NCBI GenBank assembly: GCA_904418825.1
Contig: CAJFPU010000001.1
Span: 986-64,985 of the forward strand
DNA length: 64,000 nucleotides
Origin: an uncultured Romboutsia sp.
GTDB taxonomy: Bacteria; Bacillota; Clostridia; Peptostreptococcales; Peptostreptococcaceae
Reading direction: 5' to 3'
This document shows positions 19,279-28,699 of the stretch, piece after piece. The notes under the pieces were generated by a model. It saw nothing but the letters and a program-made list of their open reading frames with translations. It was not told where the DNA came from and searched no databases. Within the stretch, counting starts at the first letter, position 1; the number at the start of each line of letters is the position of its first letter. The translations under genes were made by a program, and so were the position numbers.

Positions 19279-20199
19279 TTACTCATCTTTATCTGGATTA
19301 TCTAAATAGAATCCAGATGTAAAATTCCTATTGTTTAATTTATTTAAATCATCTAACCAAATAGAGTTAAATTTCCATGAATTAGGATTTGCATAAAATT
19401 CATCTATAGCTTTTCTATAAGCTTTTACAGCAACTGCTACATATTCATCATCTTTCATTCTTCCATCTATTCTAAGACTTGTTATGCCACATTTTATAAG
19501 TTCTGGTATATATTCTATCATACATAAATCTTCTGTATTAAATAAGAATGTACCTCTTTCATCTTCGCATACAGGGAAATATTTTCCTGGTCTTTTTTCT
19601 TCAACTAAACTGTATTTTTTAGAGTTTATTGTTTTATTTTTATCTGCATTTTTACCTTTTAAAAAGTTACTTAACAATTTTCTACCTGAGTGTGATATAA
19701 ATAGTGATCCATGTACTAATGCTTCTATTTCCATATCAATAGGAGACTTTAATCTTATTTGTCCTATTTCTTCACATGATAATTCTTTAGAAACTATAAC
19801 TCTTTTTACACCTTGATTATGCCAAAAGATAGCAGTTTCATAGTTTGTTACGTTGGCTTGATCACTTAAATGTATAGTTATATACTCACATACATCTCTA
19901 ACAATAGTCAACATCCCCGGTTCTATTACTACTATAGCATCTATACCTGTATCTATTAAAGCTTTAATATATTTTTTTATTTTATTTATATCATTTTCAT
20001 GAGGTATTTTATTTAGAGATACATATACTTTTTTACCTCTATTATGAGCATATTCAACACTTTTATTTAATTCATCTATAGAAAAATTTTTAAGTTCATC
20101 ACCTATATAAACTGCATCACAACCATTTTCTATATTTAGCTTTACTGAGTCTAAATTAAAAGCTTCTGCTAAAAGTTCTACTTTATGCATTAACTTCAC
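19279..20199 (-). CDS. Peptidase U32/TrhP-family protein, degenerate (Fe-S cysteines missing)
   Basis: DAVYIG, HLSDQANVTN, EALVHG, EEKRPG..EDERGT, DLCMIE, DGRMK; position between trmR and udk. Confidence 0.85.
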   Translation of the reverse strand: MKLMHKVELLAEAFNLDSVKLNIENGCDAVYIGDELKNFSIDELNKSVEYAHNRGKKVYVSLNKIPHENDINKIKKYIKALIDTGIDAIVVIEPGMLTIVRDVCEYITIHLSDQANVTNYETAIFWHNQGVKRVIVSKELSCEEIGQIRLKSPIDMEIEALVHGSLFISHSGRKLLSNFLKGKNADKNKTINSKKYSLVEEKRPGKYFPVCEDERGTFLFNTEDLCMIEYIPELIKCGITSLRIDGRMKDDEYVAVAVKAYRKAIDEFYANPNSWKFNSIWLDDLNKLNNRNFTSGFYLDNPDKDE

Positions 20200-20860
20200 C
20201 TCTTTTGCTATTTTTATAACTTAATGCTACTCCATCTCCTATTGGTATTAAAGATGTAGATAAATAATCACAGTTACATATATAGTCTAAATAGTTTCTC
20301 ATTCTCTTGACAATAGTCTTTTTTCTTCTTATAACAAAATCATCATGAGCTACCATTCCTTTATATAGTATATTATCAGAAATTAAAAGACCATCTATTC
20401 TTAGTTTATCTATTATCATATCATAAAATAACTTATATTGTCCTTTTGCTGCATCTAAAAATATCATATCAAAAGGTCCTTCTACCTCTTTTAATATTTC
20501 TTCAGCATCTCCTTCTAATATAGTTATATTGTTCTCAAATCCTGCTAATTTTATATTTTCTTTAGCCTTTTCTATCATTTTTTCATTTCTTTCTACTGTT
20601 ATAATTTCTACATCTTCATCTAATACAGATGCAAAAAGTATAGAAGAATATCCTATTGCACATCCTACTTCTAATATTCTTTTTGGCTTTTGAATCTTTA
20701 ACAGTACTTTTAAAAGTTCAGATACTTCTTTATGAACTATAGGTACATTATACTCATTTGCATATTCTTCTAACTCTTTTAATAATCCATCTTTATCTTT
20801 TAGCGTAGTTCTTATATAATCTTCTACTAAATTATTTACTATATTACTCATCAAATCCAC
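20183..20860 (-). CDS. trmR: O-methyltransferase (TrmR/YrrM family, tRNA ho5U methyltransferase)
   Basis: ILEVGCAIGYS, FLDAAKGQY, SDNILYKG, IGDG; mltG-trmR-U32-udk synteny. Confidence 0.8.
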   Translation of the reverse strand: MDLMSNIVNNLVEDYIRTTLKDKDGLLKELEEYANEYNVPIVHKEVSELLKVLLKIQKPKRILEVGCAIGYSSILFASVLDEDVEIITVERNEKMIEKAKENIKLAGFENNITILEGDAEEILKEVEGPFDMIFLDAAKGQYKLFYDMIIDKLRIDGLLISDNILYKGMVAHDDFVIRRKKTIVKRMRNYLDYICNCDYLSTSLIPIGDGVALSYKNSKRGEVNA

Positions 20861-20947
20861 TCCTTACAGTAGTAATAACATTAATATAGGATTACATCTT
20901 AATAATTTAAGACATAATCCATAATTTTAAATCTCAATTAATAACCC

Positions 20948-22000
20948 TTAATTTTCTTTTTCTTTATTTAGTCTATCTCTTTCATCTTTATACTCTTTTA
21001 CATATTTTAAATGATCTTCATAGCTTGTACTATAATTATTTCCACCATCCATCTTAGCTACAAAATATAAATATTCAGTTTTTTCAGGATATAATGTAGC
21101 CTCTATAGACTCTATTCCTGGGCTTGCTATTGGTGTAGGAGGAAGACCTTTGTTTTTGTAACTATTATATGGAGAATCTATTTCTAAATCCTTATATGTT
21201 ACTATTTTTTTTCTTTCCTTAAATATATATTGTATAGTTGCATCTGATTGAAGAGGCATTCCTATCTTTAATCTATTGTAAAATACGCTAGCTATTATAG
21301 GTCTATCTTCATCTAGTACTGCTTCTTTTTCAACTATAGATGCTAGGTTTATAACTTGCTCTGTTGTCATGTTTAGTTCTTTTTGTCTATCTTTTAGTTT
21401 TTCAGTGTATACTTTATTGAACTGACTTAACATTGTACTTAATACTTCTTTTTCAGATGAATTCTCATCAAAATAATATGTTGATGGATATAAAAAACCT
21501 TCTAAAGAAATTATATCTTCTTCCTCTAAAAATTTAAATTTATCATAAAATTCTTTAGGATTTGATATCAATTCTTTGTAAGATTCTTCATCTCCTAAAT
21601 TTTGTTCTACTAGAATTGAAACTATTTCTCTAGAAGTAGATCCTTCAGGAATAGTTATTTTTATTCCATCATTATATATTTTACCAGATGATATATCGTC
21701 TATTATTTCTTTATTTGAATATGTTTGATTAAATAAATATTTACCAGCTTTAAAATATTGTGATTGATTACTTAGTTTTACAGATATTTTAAACATTAAT
21801 TTATTTTTTATCAATTTATTTTTATATAAGATATCCGATATAGTGCTTGTTGTTGCACCTTGTGGTATTTCAACTACTATATCTTTTGTATTATTTTTAT
21901 TATATGGACCTATTTGTGTATATATAAACATGGATATCAATATTGCTAATATAATAGAAATAGCACCTATTACACCTAATCTTTTTTTATTTATATTCAT
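20948..22000 (-). CDS. mltG: Endolytic transglycosylase MltG
   Basis: TM anchor, TIPEG, LEGFLYPSTY, ASIVEKE, LQSDAT, SPYNSY..GLPPTPI. Confidence 0.95.
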   Translation of the reverse strand: MNINKKRLGVIGAISIILAILISMFIYTQIGPYNKNNTKDIVVEIPQGATTSTISDILYKNKLIKNKLMFKISVKLSNQSQYFKAGKYLFNQTYSNKEIIDDISSGKIYNDGIKITIPEGSTSREIVSILVEQNLGDEESYKELISNPKEFYDKFKFLEEEDIISLEGFLYPSTYYFDENSSEKEVLSTMLSQFNKVYTEKLKDRQKELNMTTEQVINLASIVEKEAVLDEDRPIIASVFYNRLKIGMPLQSDATIQYIFKERKKIVTYKDLEIDSPYNSYKNKGLPPTPIASPGIESIEATLYPEKTEYLYFVAKMDGGNNYSTSYEDHLKYVKEYKDERDRLNKEKEN

Positions 22001-22036
22001 AAATTTATTTACTCCTTATATATTTATATCCTTTAT

Positions 22037-22078
22037 ATTATAAATCTAAGCATAAAAAAATTCAATAAATTTGTCGAA
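22037..22078 (-). promoter_or_regulatory. SigA promoter of mltG with adjacent Spo0A box
   Basis: TTGAAT-N17-TATAAT (22065-22037); perfect TGTCGAA on + strand at 22072-22078. Confidence 0.65.
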
Positions 22079-22108
22079 CAAGTTCTAAATTTTATGTTCT
22101 TAAAATTT

Positions 22109-22145
22109 TAAAAGCCTAACGTTATTTTATACACGTTAGGCTTTT
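22109..22145 (-). terminator. pdp terminator
   Basis: aaaagcctaacgt / acgttaggctttt inverted repeat. Confidence 0.75.
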
Positions 22146-22158
22146 ATTAATCATATTA

Positions 22159-23484
22159 TTAGAATTTTTTAATTTCGTCCTGAGTTACAACACCGTAGAT
22201 TAACTTTTTAGGTTCTACTTTTTCTTTAACTATTGAATATGCATTTATAAATCTTTCTTTTGCTTGTTCAAATTTTTCTTCTTTATTTAAGTACATATAA
22301 GCTAATATGTCACCTTCTTTTACATAATCTCCGACCTTTTTCTCTAATACTATCCCAGCAGATAGATCAAGTATATCATCTTTAGTTTCTCTACCTGCAC
22401 CTAAAATCATAGCAGATATACCAACTTCTTCAGCTTCTATTTTACTTATATATCCTGATTTATTTGATTTTATAGCAACTTTCTTTGAAGCTTGTGGTAA
22501 TAATGTATAATCATCAACTACATTTTTATTTCCACCTTGATTTTCTATAAATACCTTTAATTTTTCAAGTGCTTTACCTGAAGTTATAGCATCTCTTATC
22601 ATTTTAAGACCTTCATCAAAGTCTTTTGCAACTTTTGCTAAAACTAACATATAAGAACCTAGAGTTTCACATAAAAGAACAAAATCCTTAGGACCATTTC
22701 CTTTTAATGTTTCTATAGCCTCTATAACTTCTAGAGAGTTTCCTATAGCAAACCCTAATGGCTCATCCATATCTGTGATCATTCCTATAGTCTCTCTATT
22801 CATTCCACAGCCTATATCAACCATAGCTTTTGCTAATTCAAATGAATCGTCTAATGTCTTCATAAATGCACCATCACCAGTTTTTACATCTAATAAGATA
22901 GCATTAGCTCCTGAAGCAAGTTTTTTACACATTATACTAGCTGCTATAAGAGATATATTATCAACTGTTGCTGTAACATCTCTTAATGCATACATCTTTT
23001 TATCTGCAACAGCTATTGACGCTGTTTGACCACATACTGCTATTTTATGTTCATTTACAGAATTTATAAATTTTTTAGAATCCATTTCTATTGAGAATCC
23101 TGGTATAGATTCTAATTTGTCTAAAGTTCCTCCAGTATGACCAAGACCTCTACCTGACATTTTAGCAACTGGTGCTCCACAAGCTGCTACTAATGGAGCT
23201 AAGGCTATTGTAGTTTTATCTCCTACTCCACCTGTGCTATGTTTATCAACTTTTATTCCACTAATTTCTGATAAATCTATAACCTCTCCAGATTTCATCA
23301 TAGCTTCAGTAAGATATACAGTTTCCTCTTTATCCATTTTATTTATATATATAGCCATTAAAAGTGCTGCTGCCTGATAATCAGGTATTTCACCTTTTGA
23401 ATATTTTTCTACGAAAAAATCAATCTCAGCTTTGCTTAGTTTTTGCTGATCTCTTTTTTTTCTGATTATATCATAAACTCTCAT
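22159..23484 (-). CDS. pdp: Pyrimidine-nucleoside phosphorylase
   Basis: DKHSTGGVGDK, KMSGRGLGHTGGTLDKLESIPG. Confidence 0.97.
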   Translation of the reverse strand: MRVYDIIRKKRDQQKLSKAEIDFFVEKYSKGEIPDYQAAALLMAIYINKMDKEETVYLTEAMMKSGEVIDLSEISGIKVDKHSTGGVGDKTTIALAPLVAACGAPVAKMSGRGLGHTGGTLDKLESIPGFSIEMDSKKFINSVNEHKIAVCGQTASIAVADKKMYALRDVTATVDNISLIAASIMCKKLASGANAILLDVKTGDGAFMKTLDDSFELAKAMVDIGCGMNRETIGMITDMDEPLGFAIGNSLEVIEAIETLKGNGPKDFVLLCETLGSYMLVLAKVAKDFDEGLKMIRDAITSGKALEKLKVFIENQGGNKNVVDDYTLLPQASKKVAIKSNKSGYISKIEAEEVGISAMILGAGRETKDDILDLSAGIVLEKKVGDYVKEGDILAYMYLNKEEKFEQAKERFINAYSIVKEKVEPKKLIYGVVTQDEIKKF

Positions 23485-23508
23485 AATAATTCTCCTTAAT
23501 TATTATAA

Positions 23509-24330
23509 CTATATATGGTTAACAACTGACTTAACTAGACTTAAGAATTCAGCTTTTACCTTTCTTGTTGTTTCTATTACTTCTTCATGATCAAGTGGTT
23601 GATCAAGTATACCAGCTGCCATATTAGTTATACAAGATATACCTATAACTTCCATGCCCGAATGAGAAGCTACTATGACTTCTGGAGCAGTAGACATACC
23701 AACTGCATCTGCACCTAATATTCTAGCCATTTTTACTTCAGCTGGAGTTTCATAAGTTGGTCCACTAAAGAATGCATATACTCCTTCTTGTAATTCTATA
23801 TTTAATTTCTTAGCACATTCTTTAACCATTGCTATATACTTAGGTGTATATGCACTAGACATATCCGGGAATCTAGGTCCAAGTCTTTGATCATTTTTAC
23901 CTATTAAAGGATTATTTCCACTTAAATTTATATGATCTTTTATAACCATTAAATCACCTGGCTTAAAGTTTATATTTGATCCACCTGCTGCATTAGTTAC
24001 AACTATAGTATTTACACCTAAAGCTTTCATGACTCTTACAGGGAAAGTTATTTCTTGTTGAGTATATCCTTCATAATAATGGAATCTTCCTTGCATAGCT
24101 ACTACCATTTTACCTTCTAATTCTCCTAATACAAGGCATCCCTCATGTCCTTCAACTGTTGATACAGGAAAATTAGGTATTTCATTATATTTTATTTTAA
24201 CAGGATTTTTTATTTCATCTGCTAATACTCCAAGTCCTGATCCTAATATTAAGCCTATCGTAGGTTTTACTTCAAATTTACTTTGTATAAAATTTGCACT
24301 TTCTTGTATTTTGTCATATATGTTTTCCAT
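23509..24330 (-). CDS. punA: Purine nucleoside phosphorylase (trimeric type)
   Basis: ILGSGLG, QGRFHYYEG, TNAAGG, GPTYETPAE, VGMST. Confidence 0.95.
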   Translation of the reverse strand: MENIYDKIQESANFIQSKFEVKPTIGLILGSGLGVLADEIKNPVKIKYNEIPNFPVSTVEGHEGCLVLGELEGKMVVAMQGRFHYYEGYTQQEITFPVRVMKALGVNTIVVTNAAGGSNINFKPGDLMVIKDHINLSGNNPLIGKNDQRLGPRFPDMSSAYTPKYIAMVKECAKKLNIELQEGVYAFFSGPTYETPAEVKMARILGADAVGMSTAPEVIVASHSGMEVIGISCITNMAAGILDQPLDHEEVIETTRKVKAEFLSLVKSVVNHI

Positions 24331-24347
24331 TTTTATGTCCTCCTAAT

Positions 24348-25520
24348 TTACTTCATTATTTCATTTTTAAAACTTGTACCATTTTTTGTTTTAGAAACAT
24401 TTAATATATCAGCAACAGTAGCTCCTATATCAGCAAAGCTATTTCTTGTTCCTAAATTTATTCCTTCTTTTATATCTTTACCATATACTAATAACGGTAT
24501 ATATTCTCTAGTATGATCAGTTCCTTTATATGCTGGATCATTACCATGGTCTGCATTTATTATAAGTATATCTTTATCATTCATAGCTTCTATTATTTCA
24601 GGTATTCTAGCATCAAACTCTTCTAATGCCTCTTTATATCCCTTTATATTTCTTCTATGACCATATTTTGAATCAAAATCAACAAGGTTAGTAAATATTA
24701 ATCCTTTATTATCTTTTTTAATATAATTTATAGTTTGATCTACACCATCCATATTATCTTTAGTGTGTATAGCTTCAGTTATCCCTTGTCCATTAAATAT
24801 GTCTTCTATTTTACCAACAGCTATTACATCCAGACCATTTTCCTTTATATTATCAAGAACTGTTTTATCAAAAGGATTTAATGAATAATCTCTTCTATTT
24901 GAAGTTCTTTCAAATTGTCCTTTGCATGGTCCTACATATGGTCTTGCTATAACTCTAGCTACAGCATATTCTCCCATCATTATTTCTCTAGCTATTTTAC
25001 ACATATCATATAATTCTTCTAAAGGAATTATATCTTCATGAGCTGCTATTTGGAACACACTATCTGCTGAAGTATAAACTATTACATCACCAGTTTTCAT
25101 TTGATGTTCTCCAAATTCATCTAATATTGCAGTTCCTGATGCTGGCTTATTAGCTACTACTTTTCTTCCTGTTCTTCTTTCAAACTCATCTATTATTTCT
25201 TTTGGGAATCCATTTTCAAAAGTTTTAAATGGTGTATCTACTAATAATCCTGTCATCTCCCAGTGTCCAGTAGTAGTGTCTTTTCCTTGAGATACTTCAT
25301 TACATCTACCAAAAGAACCTATTGGAGAATCTACATTTTTTATGTAATCAATTCCATCTATGTTTCCTAATCCAAGTTTTACCATATTAGGTATTTTTAT
25401 ATCGTTAAATTCTTTAACTATATGACCTAGTGTGTTTACACCTTCATCTCCAAATGATTTAGCATCAGGTAATGCACCTACTCCAACACTATCAATTACT
25501 ATCCATATAATTCTATTCAT
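24348..25520 (-). CDS. deoB: Phosphopentomutase
   Basis: DSVGVG, GKDTTTGHWE, YTSADSVFQIAAHE, YGHRR, DHGNDP, DHTRE. Confidence 0.97.
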   Translation of the reverse strand: MNRIIWIVIDSVGVGALPDAKSFGDEGVNTLGHIVKEFNDIKIPNMVKLGLGNIDGIDYIKNVDSPIGSFGRCNEVSQGKDTTTGHWEMTGLLVDTPFKTFENGFPKEIIDEFERRTGRKVVANKPASGTAILDEFGEHQMKTGDVIVYTSADSVFQIAAHEDIIPLEELYDMCKIAREIMMGEYAVARVIARPYVGPCKGQFERTSNRRDYSLNPFDKTVLDNIKENGLDVIAVGKIEDIFNGQGITEAIHTKDNMDGVDQTINYIKKDNKGLIFTNLVDFDSKYGHRRNIKGYKEALEEFDARIPEIIEAMNDKDILIINADHGNDPAYKGTDHTREYIPLLVYGKDIKEGINLGTRNSFADIGATVADILNVSKTKNGTSFKNEIMK

Positions 25521-25538
25521 TTTTTCCTCCTTAGCTAT

Positions 25539-26414
25539 TTATTTTCTAGGATGTTTTTCTTTTATTTCTCTTCTTATATTTTTATTTATATAATTTAAAT
25601 ATACTTGCAAACTTGATAAATTGGAATTTCCTAATATTTTACTAACTACAGCTATGTTCGCTCCTTCATTTAATAAATGAATAGCAAATGAATGTCGAAG
25701 TATACTAGGGTTAATATTTTTATTTATGTTAGCAATGCTTGCATATTTTTTTATAAGCTTCCAAAGACCTTGTCTTGTAAACCTTTGCCCTAATGAATTT
25801 ACAAATAAAGCATTTTCTGTTTCTTTAGTTATTTTAGGCCTTGCTTCTTTTATATATTTTTCTAAGTACATCTTAGTTATATCTGAAAGTGGTATAATTC
25901 TTTTATTTTTAGAAATATTACAGTATATATAATCCAGTTCTAAATCTACATTATCAATATCCATATCAACTAATTCTGAAACTTTTATTCCCGTTCCATA
26001 TAAAACTTCAAATATAGCTTTATCTCTTATTAATTTAGGTGTATCTAGTTTTGGGAAATTTAATAATGCTTCTATTTCTTTTTCTGTTAATATATCTACT
26101 TCCTGCTTTTCTACTTTAGGCTTTTTTATAGTCTTTGCTGGATTATTATCTGTTATATGATTTAAAAATAAGTAATCATGAAAAGATTTAATCGAAGATA
26201 TCATTCTTGATACTGTTGCTACAGATATATTCTCCTTTTCTAGATTTATTATGTAACCTATTATATCATTTTCTACTACATCACTTAATTCTAAATTTAT
26301 GGATTTTAAATAATCAATATACTTTTTTATATCAGTATAGTAAGATAATACTGTGTTATCTGATAATTTCTTTTTATCTTTTATATAGTTTGTATATTCC
26401 TTTATAACTTCCAT
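25539..26414 (-). CDS. xerD: XerD/RipX-like tyrosine recombinase with degenerate active site
   Basis: RDKAIFEVLYGTGIKVSEL, TRQGLWK, LRHSFA, HPR tail; spoIIM-xerD-deoB synteny. Confidence 0.8.
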   Translation of the reverse strand: MEVIKEYTNYIKDKKKLSDNTVLSYYTDIKKYIDYLKSINLELSDVVENDIIGYIINLEKENISVATVSRMISSIKSFHDYLFLNHITDNNPAKTIKKPKVEKQEVDILTEKEIEALLNFPKLDTPKLIRDKAIFEVLYGTGIKVSELVDMDIDNVDLELDYIYCNISKNKRIIPLSDITKMYLEKYIKEARPKITKETENALFVNSLGQRFTRQGLWKLIKKYASIANINKNINPSILRHSFAIHLLNEGANIAVVSKILGNSNLSSLQVYLNYINKNIRREIKEKHPRK

Positions 26415-26425
26415 AGTAAACTCCT

Positions 26426-27040
26426 TTATCTGACTAGGAACTTAATAATACTAATAATTAAAGCATTTAATAAAACTTGTAAACTAATAGTTATAACTAG
26501 TACAATTATTGAATTTAATAAATATCTCGAAAATAGAAAAATAATTTTGTTTATATTTCTATTCTTATTAAACTCTAATATTATTTCTTTTATATAATTA
26601 ATTGAAATTAAAATAAGTATAATAGCACCTAATATAATAATTAAGTTTTTAGATATAGTTATAAAAATAAATTTTATACTTTTTAATTTCATAGCTAATA
26701 TTACACTATTTATAGTGTAACCCATAGATATCCCTTTTACTATAAATAATATCAATGCTATCGGAAATGTTACTATCAATAAAGTTGATATAGAAATAGA
26801 CATTAAAAAGTATATATCAGACTTTAAATTTGCTAATACTATATTTTTTATTGATATTTTAGAATTATAATACTCTACAATAGGATTAATACTATTTACT
26901 ATATTACCTTGATAATCTGGCCACATTTTATTTAAATATGTACCAATTACTACTGCTGTTAAATATATAACTCCAATAATTATTATTTGTTTATTTATTT
27001 CTCTAAAATAATTTTTTCTATATGTTCTTCTCAAATTCAT
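26426..27040 (-). CDS. spoIIM: Stage II sporulation protein M
   Basis: Multi-TM protein with KGISMGYT motif; nudF-spoIIM-xerD synteny; SigE-type promoter upstream. Confidence 0.8.
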   Translation of the reverse strand: MNLRRTYRKNYFREINKQIIIIGVIYLTAVVIGTYLNKMWPDYQGNIVNSINPIVEYYNSKISIKNIVLANLKSDIYFLMSISISTLLIVTFPIALILFIVKGISMGYTINSVILAMKLKSIKFIFITISKNLIIILGAIILILISINYIKEIILEFNKNRNINKIIFLFSRYLLNSIIVLVITISLQVLLNALIISIIKFLVR

Positions 27041-27092
27041 AACCTCCTCTTATATCTTACAAAATAGTATGTACAAAAAGAGGAGGTTATTC
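27039..27092 (-). promoter_or_regulatory. SigE promoter overlapping an anti-SD hairpin upstream of spoIIM
   Basis: GAATAAC-N14-CATACTAT; 13-bp perfect arms 27039-27051 / 27078-27090 pairing CCTCCTCT with AGAGGAGG. Confidence 0.75.
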
Positions 27093-27095
27093 CTT

Positions 27096-27626
27096 TTATA
27101 TTAATTCTTTAGCTAATAAAATTCCTATTGCTGTCTTTGCATCTTCTATTTCATTTTTTATTATCATATTTCGAGCTTCATTTATATCAATTTCATATTT
27201 TTCTATAATTTCATCTTCATCAAATTTATGCTCACCTTTAGTAAGACCCGTAGCTAAAAATATGTATATTTTTTGATTTGAAAATCCTGATGATGTAAAG
27301 AACTTATGTATTAATTTAATATTTTTAGCACTATATCCTGTTTCTTCTTTCAATTCTCTTATAGCACATTCCTTTGGTGTTTCTCCAATTTCGAGTTTTC
27401 CTGCTGGTATCTCCCATATAACTTGTTCTATTGGTTTTCTAAATTGTTTTATAAGAACAACTTTATCATCATCAGTTAGTGCAACTATTGCTACAGCTCC
27501 TTGATGCTCTACTATCTCCCTTTTTTGATACCCTTTATTTTCTATTTCTACAGTATCAACTTTCAAACTTATTACTTTTCCCGTATATATCCTATCACTA
27601 CTTATGGTTTTCTCTTTTGCTATCAT
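27096..27626 (-). CDS. nudF: ADP-ribose pyrophosphatase (Nudix)
   Basis: Nudix box GKLEIGETPKECAIRELKEETG, REIVEH, DAKT. Confidence 0.92.
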   Translation of the reverse strand: MIAKEKTISSDRIYTGKVISLKVDTVEIENKGYQKREIVEHQGAVAIVALTDDDKVVLIKQFRKPIEQVIWEIPAGKLEIGETPKECAIRELKEETGYSAKNIKLIHKFFTSSGFSNQKIYIFLATGLTKGEHKFDEDEIIEKYEIDINEARNMIIKNEIEDAKTAIGILLAKELI

Positions 27627-28695
27627 TACAAACCTCCGTTAGATAATAAGCTGCTGTACTTGCAGCTTCAAAAAATTCTTTATCTTGATCAAAATTTCTA
27701 CCCATACTTCTTACCTTAAGTCCAAAGTACTCTAAATCAGATTTAGAATTTTCATTTTTGATATATACTATATTATGTTTTAAGTCTAATTTATTATTCT
27801 TTAGCTGTTCTTTTATATAATTTAACTGTTTATCATTATAAATGCATATAGGTAAATTTACACTTACATTTACTATTTCTTTAAGTACAGTTATACTATG
27901 GTGAGATATTCCCTTATGTCTATCTCTTTGATCTGCAAAACTTATTCTTGGTATAGATATAGGCATACCACCTAACTTTTTAACTGCATCAAGTATAGGT
28001 CCTTGCTCTATACCTGTAAATCCATATTTAGTTCCTGTACCAGCAATTCCAGGCCCCATACTTACAAAGACAACATCTGCATTTAAAACTTCTTTTGCCG
28101 TTATTAAGGCTGTATATATATTGATACATTCATACTCTCCACCAAATGCACTACCTATAGTTATAGTATTGTCTATTAATCCTTTTTTCTTTAGTGTATC
28201 TACATTTTTACTTAAATATATTGGAAGTGCTGCTCCATCTGTCATTATATATACCAATTTTTTCTTTGGATTTAGTCTTTTATATGATGCTACGAAAGGA
28301 GTTAACATACTATGTAAACTTCCAACTACAACTGGCATATTATTAAGACTTGAAAATTCTTCTATATTTTTATGATAGGGACTTTCTTGCTCTTCTACTG
28401 AATCTACCTTTACTTGAAGAGGCGTATATCTTAACTTCATGATATGCCCTCCTTTAGTAAAATTTGACTCTAACTTGTTCAAATTGGCTATAACAAAATG
28501 ATATCCACCTGTACCTAAACTTAATTCTACGGCCGTTGTGTTCAGAAGCACTTCATCTCCTACATTTATATTTCCTGTAATCTTAGGATAGTTATAGGCC
28601 CTTTGTATTTCTCCATTTATTTTTACTCTTATATCATCTAATCCTTCATTTTGGTCTACTATAGATTCAACTACTCCTATCTTTTTACTTATCAT
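27598..28695 (-). CDS. DUF3866 family protein
   Basis: LNTTAVELSLGTGG, GHIMKLRYTP, YIMTDGAALP, GPGIAGTG, RHKGISHHS. Confidence 0.8.
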   Translation of the reverse strand: MISKKIGVVESIVDQNEGLDDIRVKINGEIQRAYNYPKITGNINVGDEVLLNTTAVELSLGTGGYHFVIANLNKLESNFTKGGHIMKLRYTPLQVKVDSVEEQESPYHKNIEEFSSLNNMPVVVGSLHSMLTPFVASYKRLNPKKKLVYIMTDGAALPIYLSKNVDTLKKKGLIDNTITIGSAFGGEYECINIYTALITAKEVLNADVVFVSMGPGIAGTGTKYGFTGIEQGPILDAVKKLGGMPISIPRISFADQRDRHKGISHHSITVLKEIVNVSVNLPICIYNDKQLNYIKEQLKNNKLDLKHNIVYIKNENSKSDLEYFGLKVRSMGRNFDQDKEFFEAASTAAYYLTEVCNDSKRENHK

Positions 28696-28699
28696 AAGA

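Noticed and set aside
25539-26414. Tyrosine recombinase as a prophage or ICE integrase
   Set aside because: It lies in the conserved spoIIM-xerD-deoB core context, with no att repeats, cargo genes or compositional shift.
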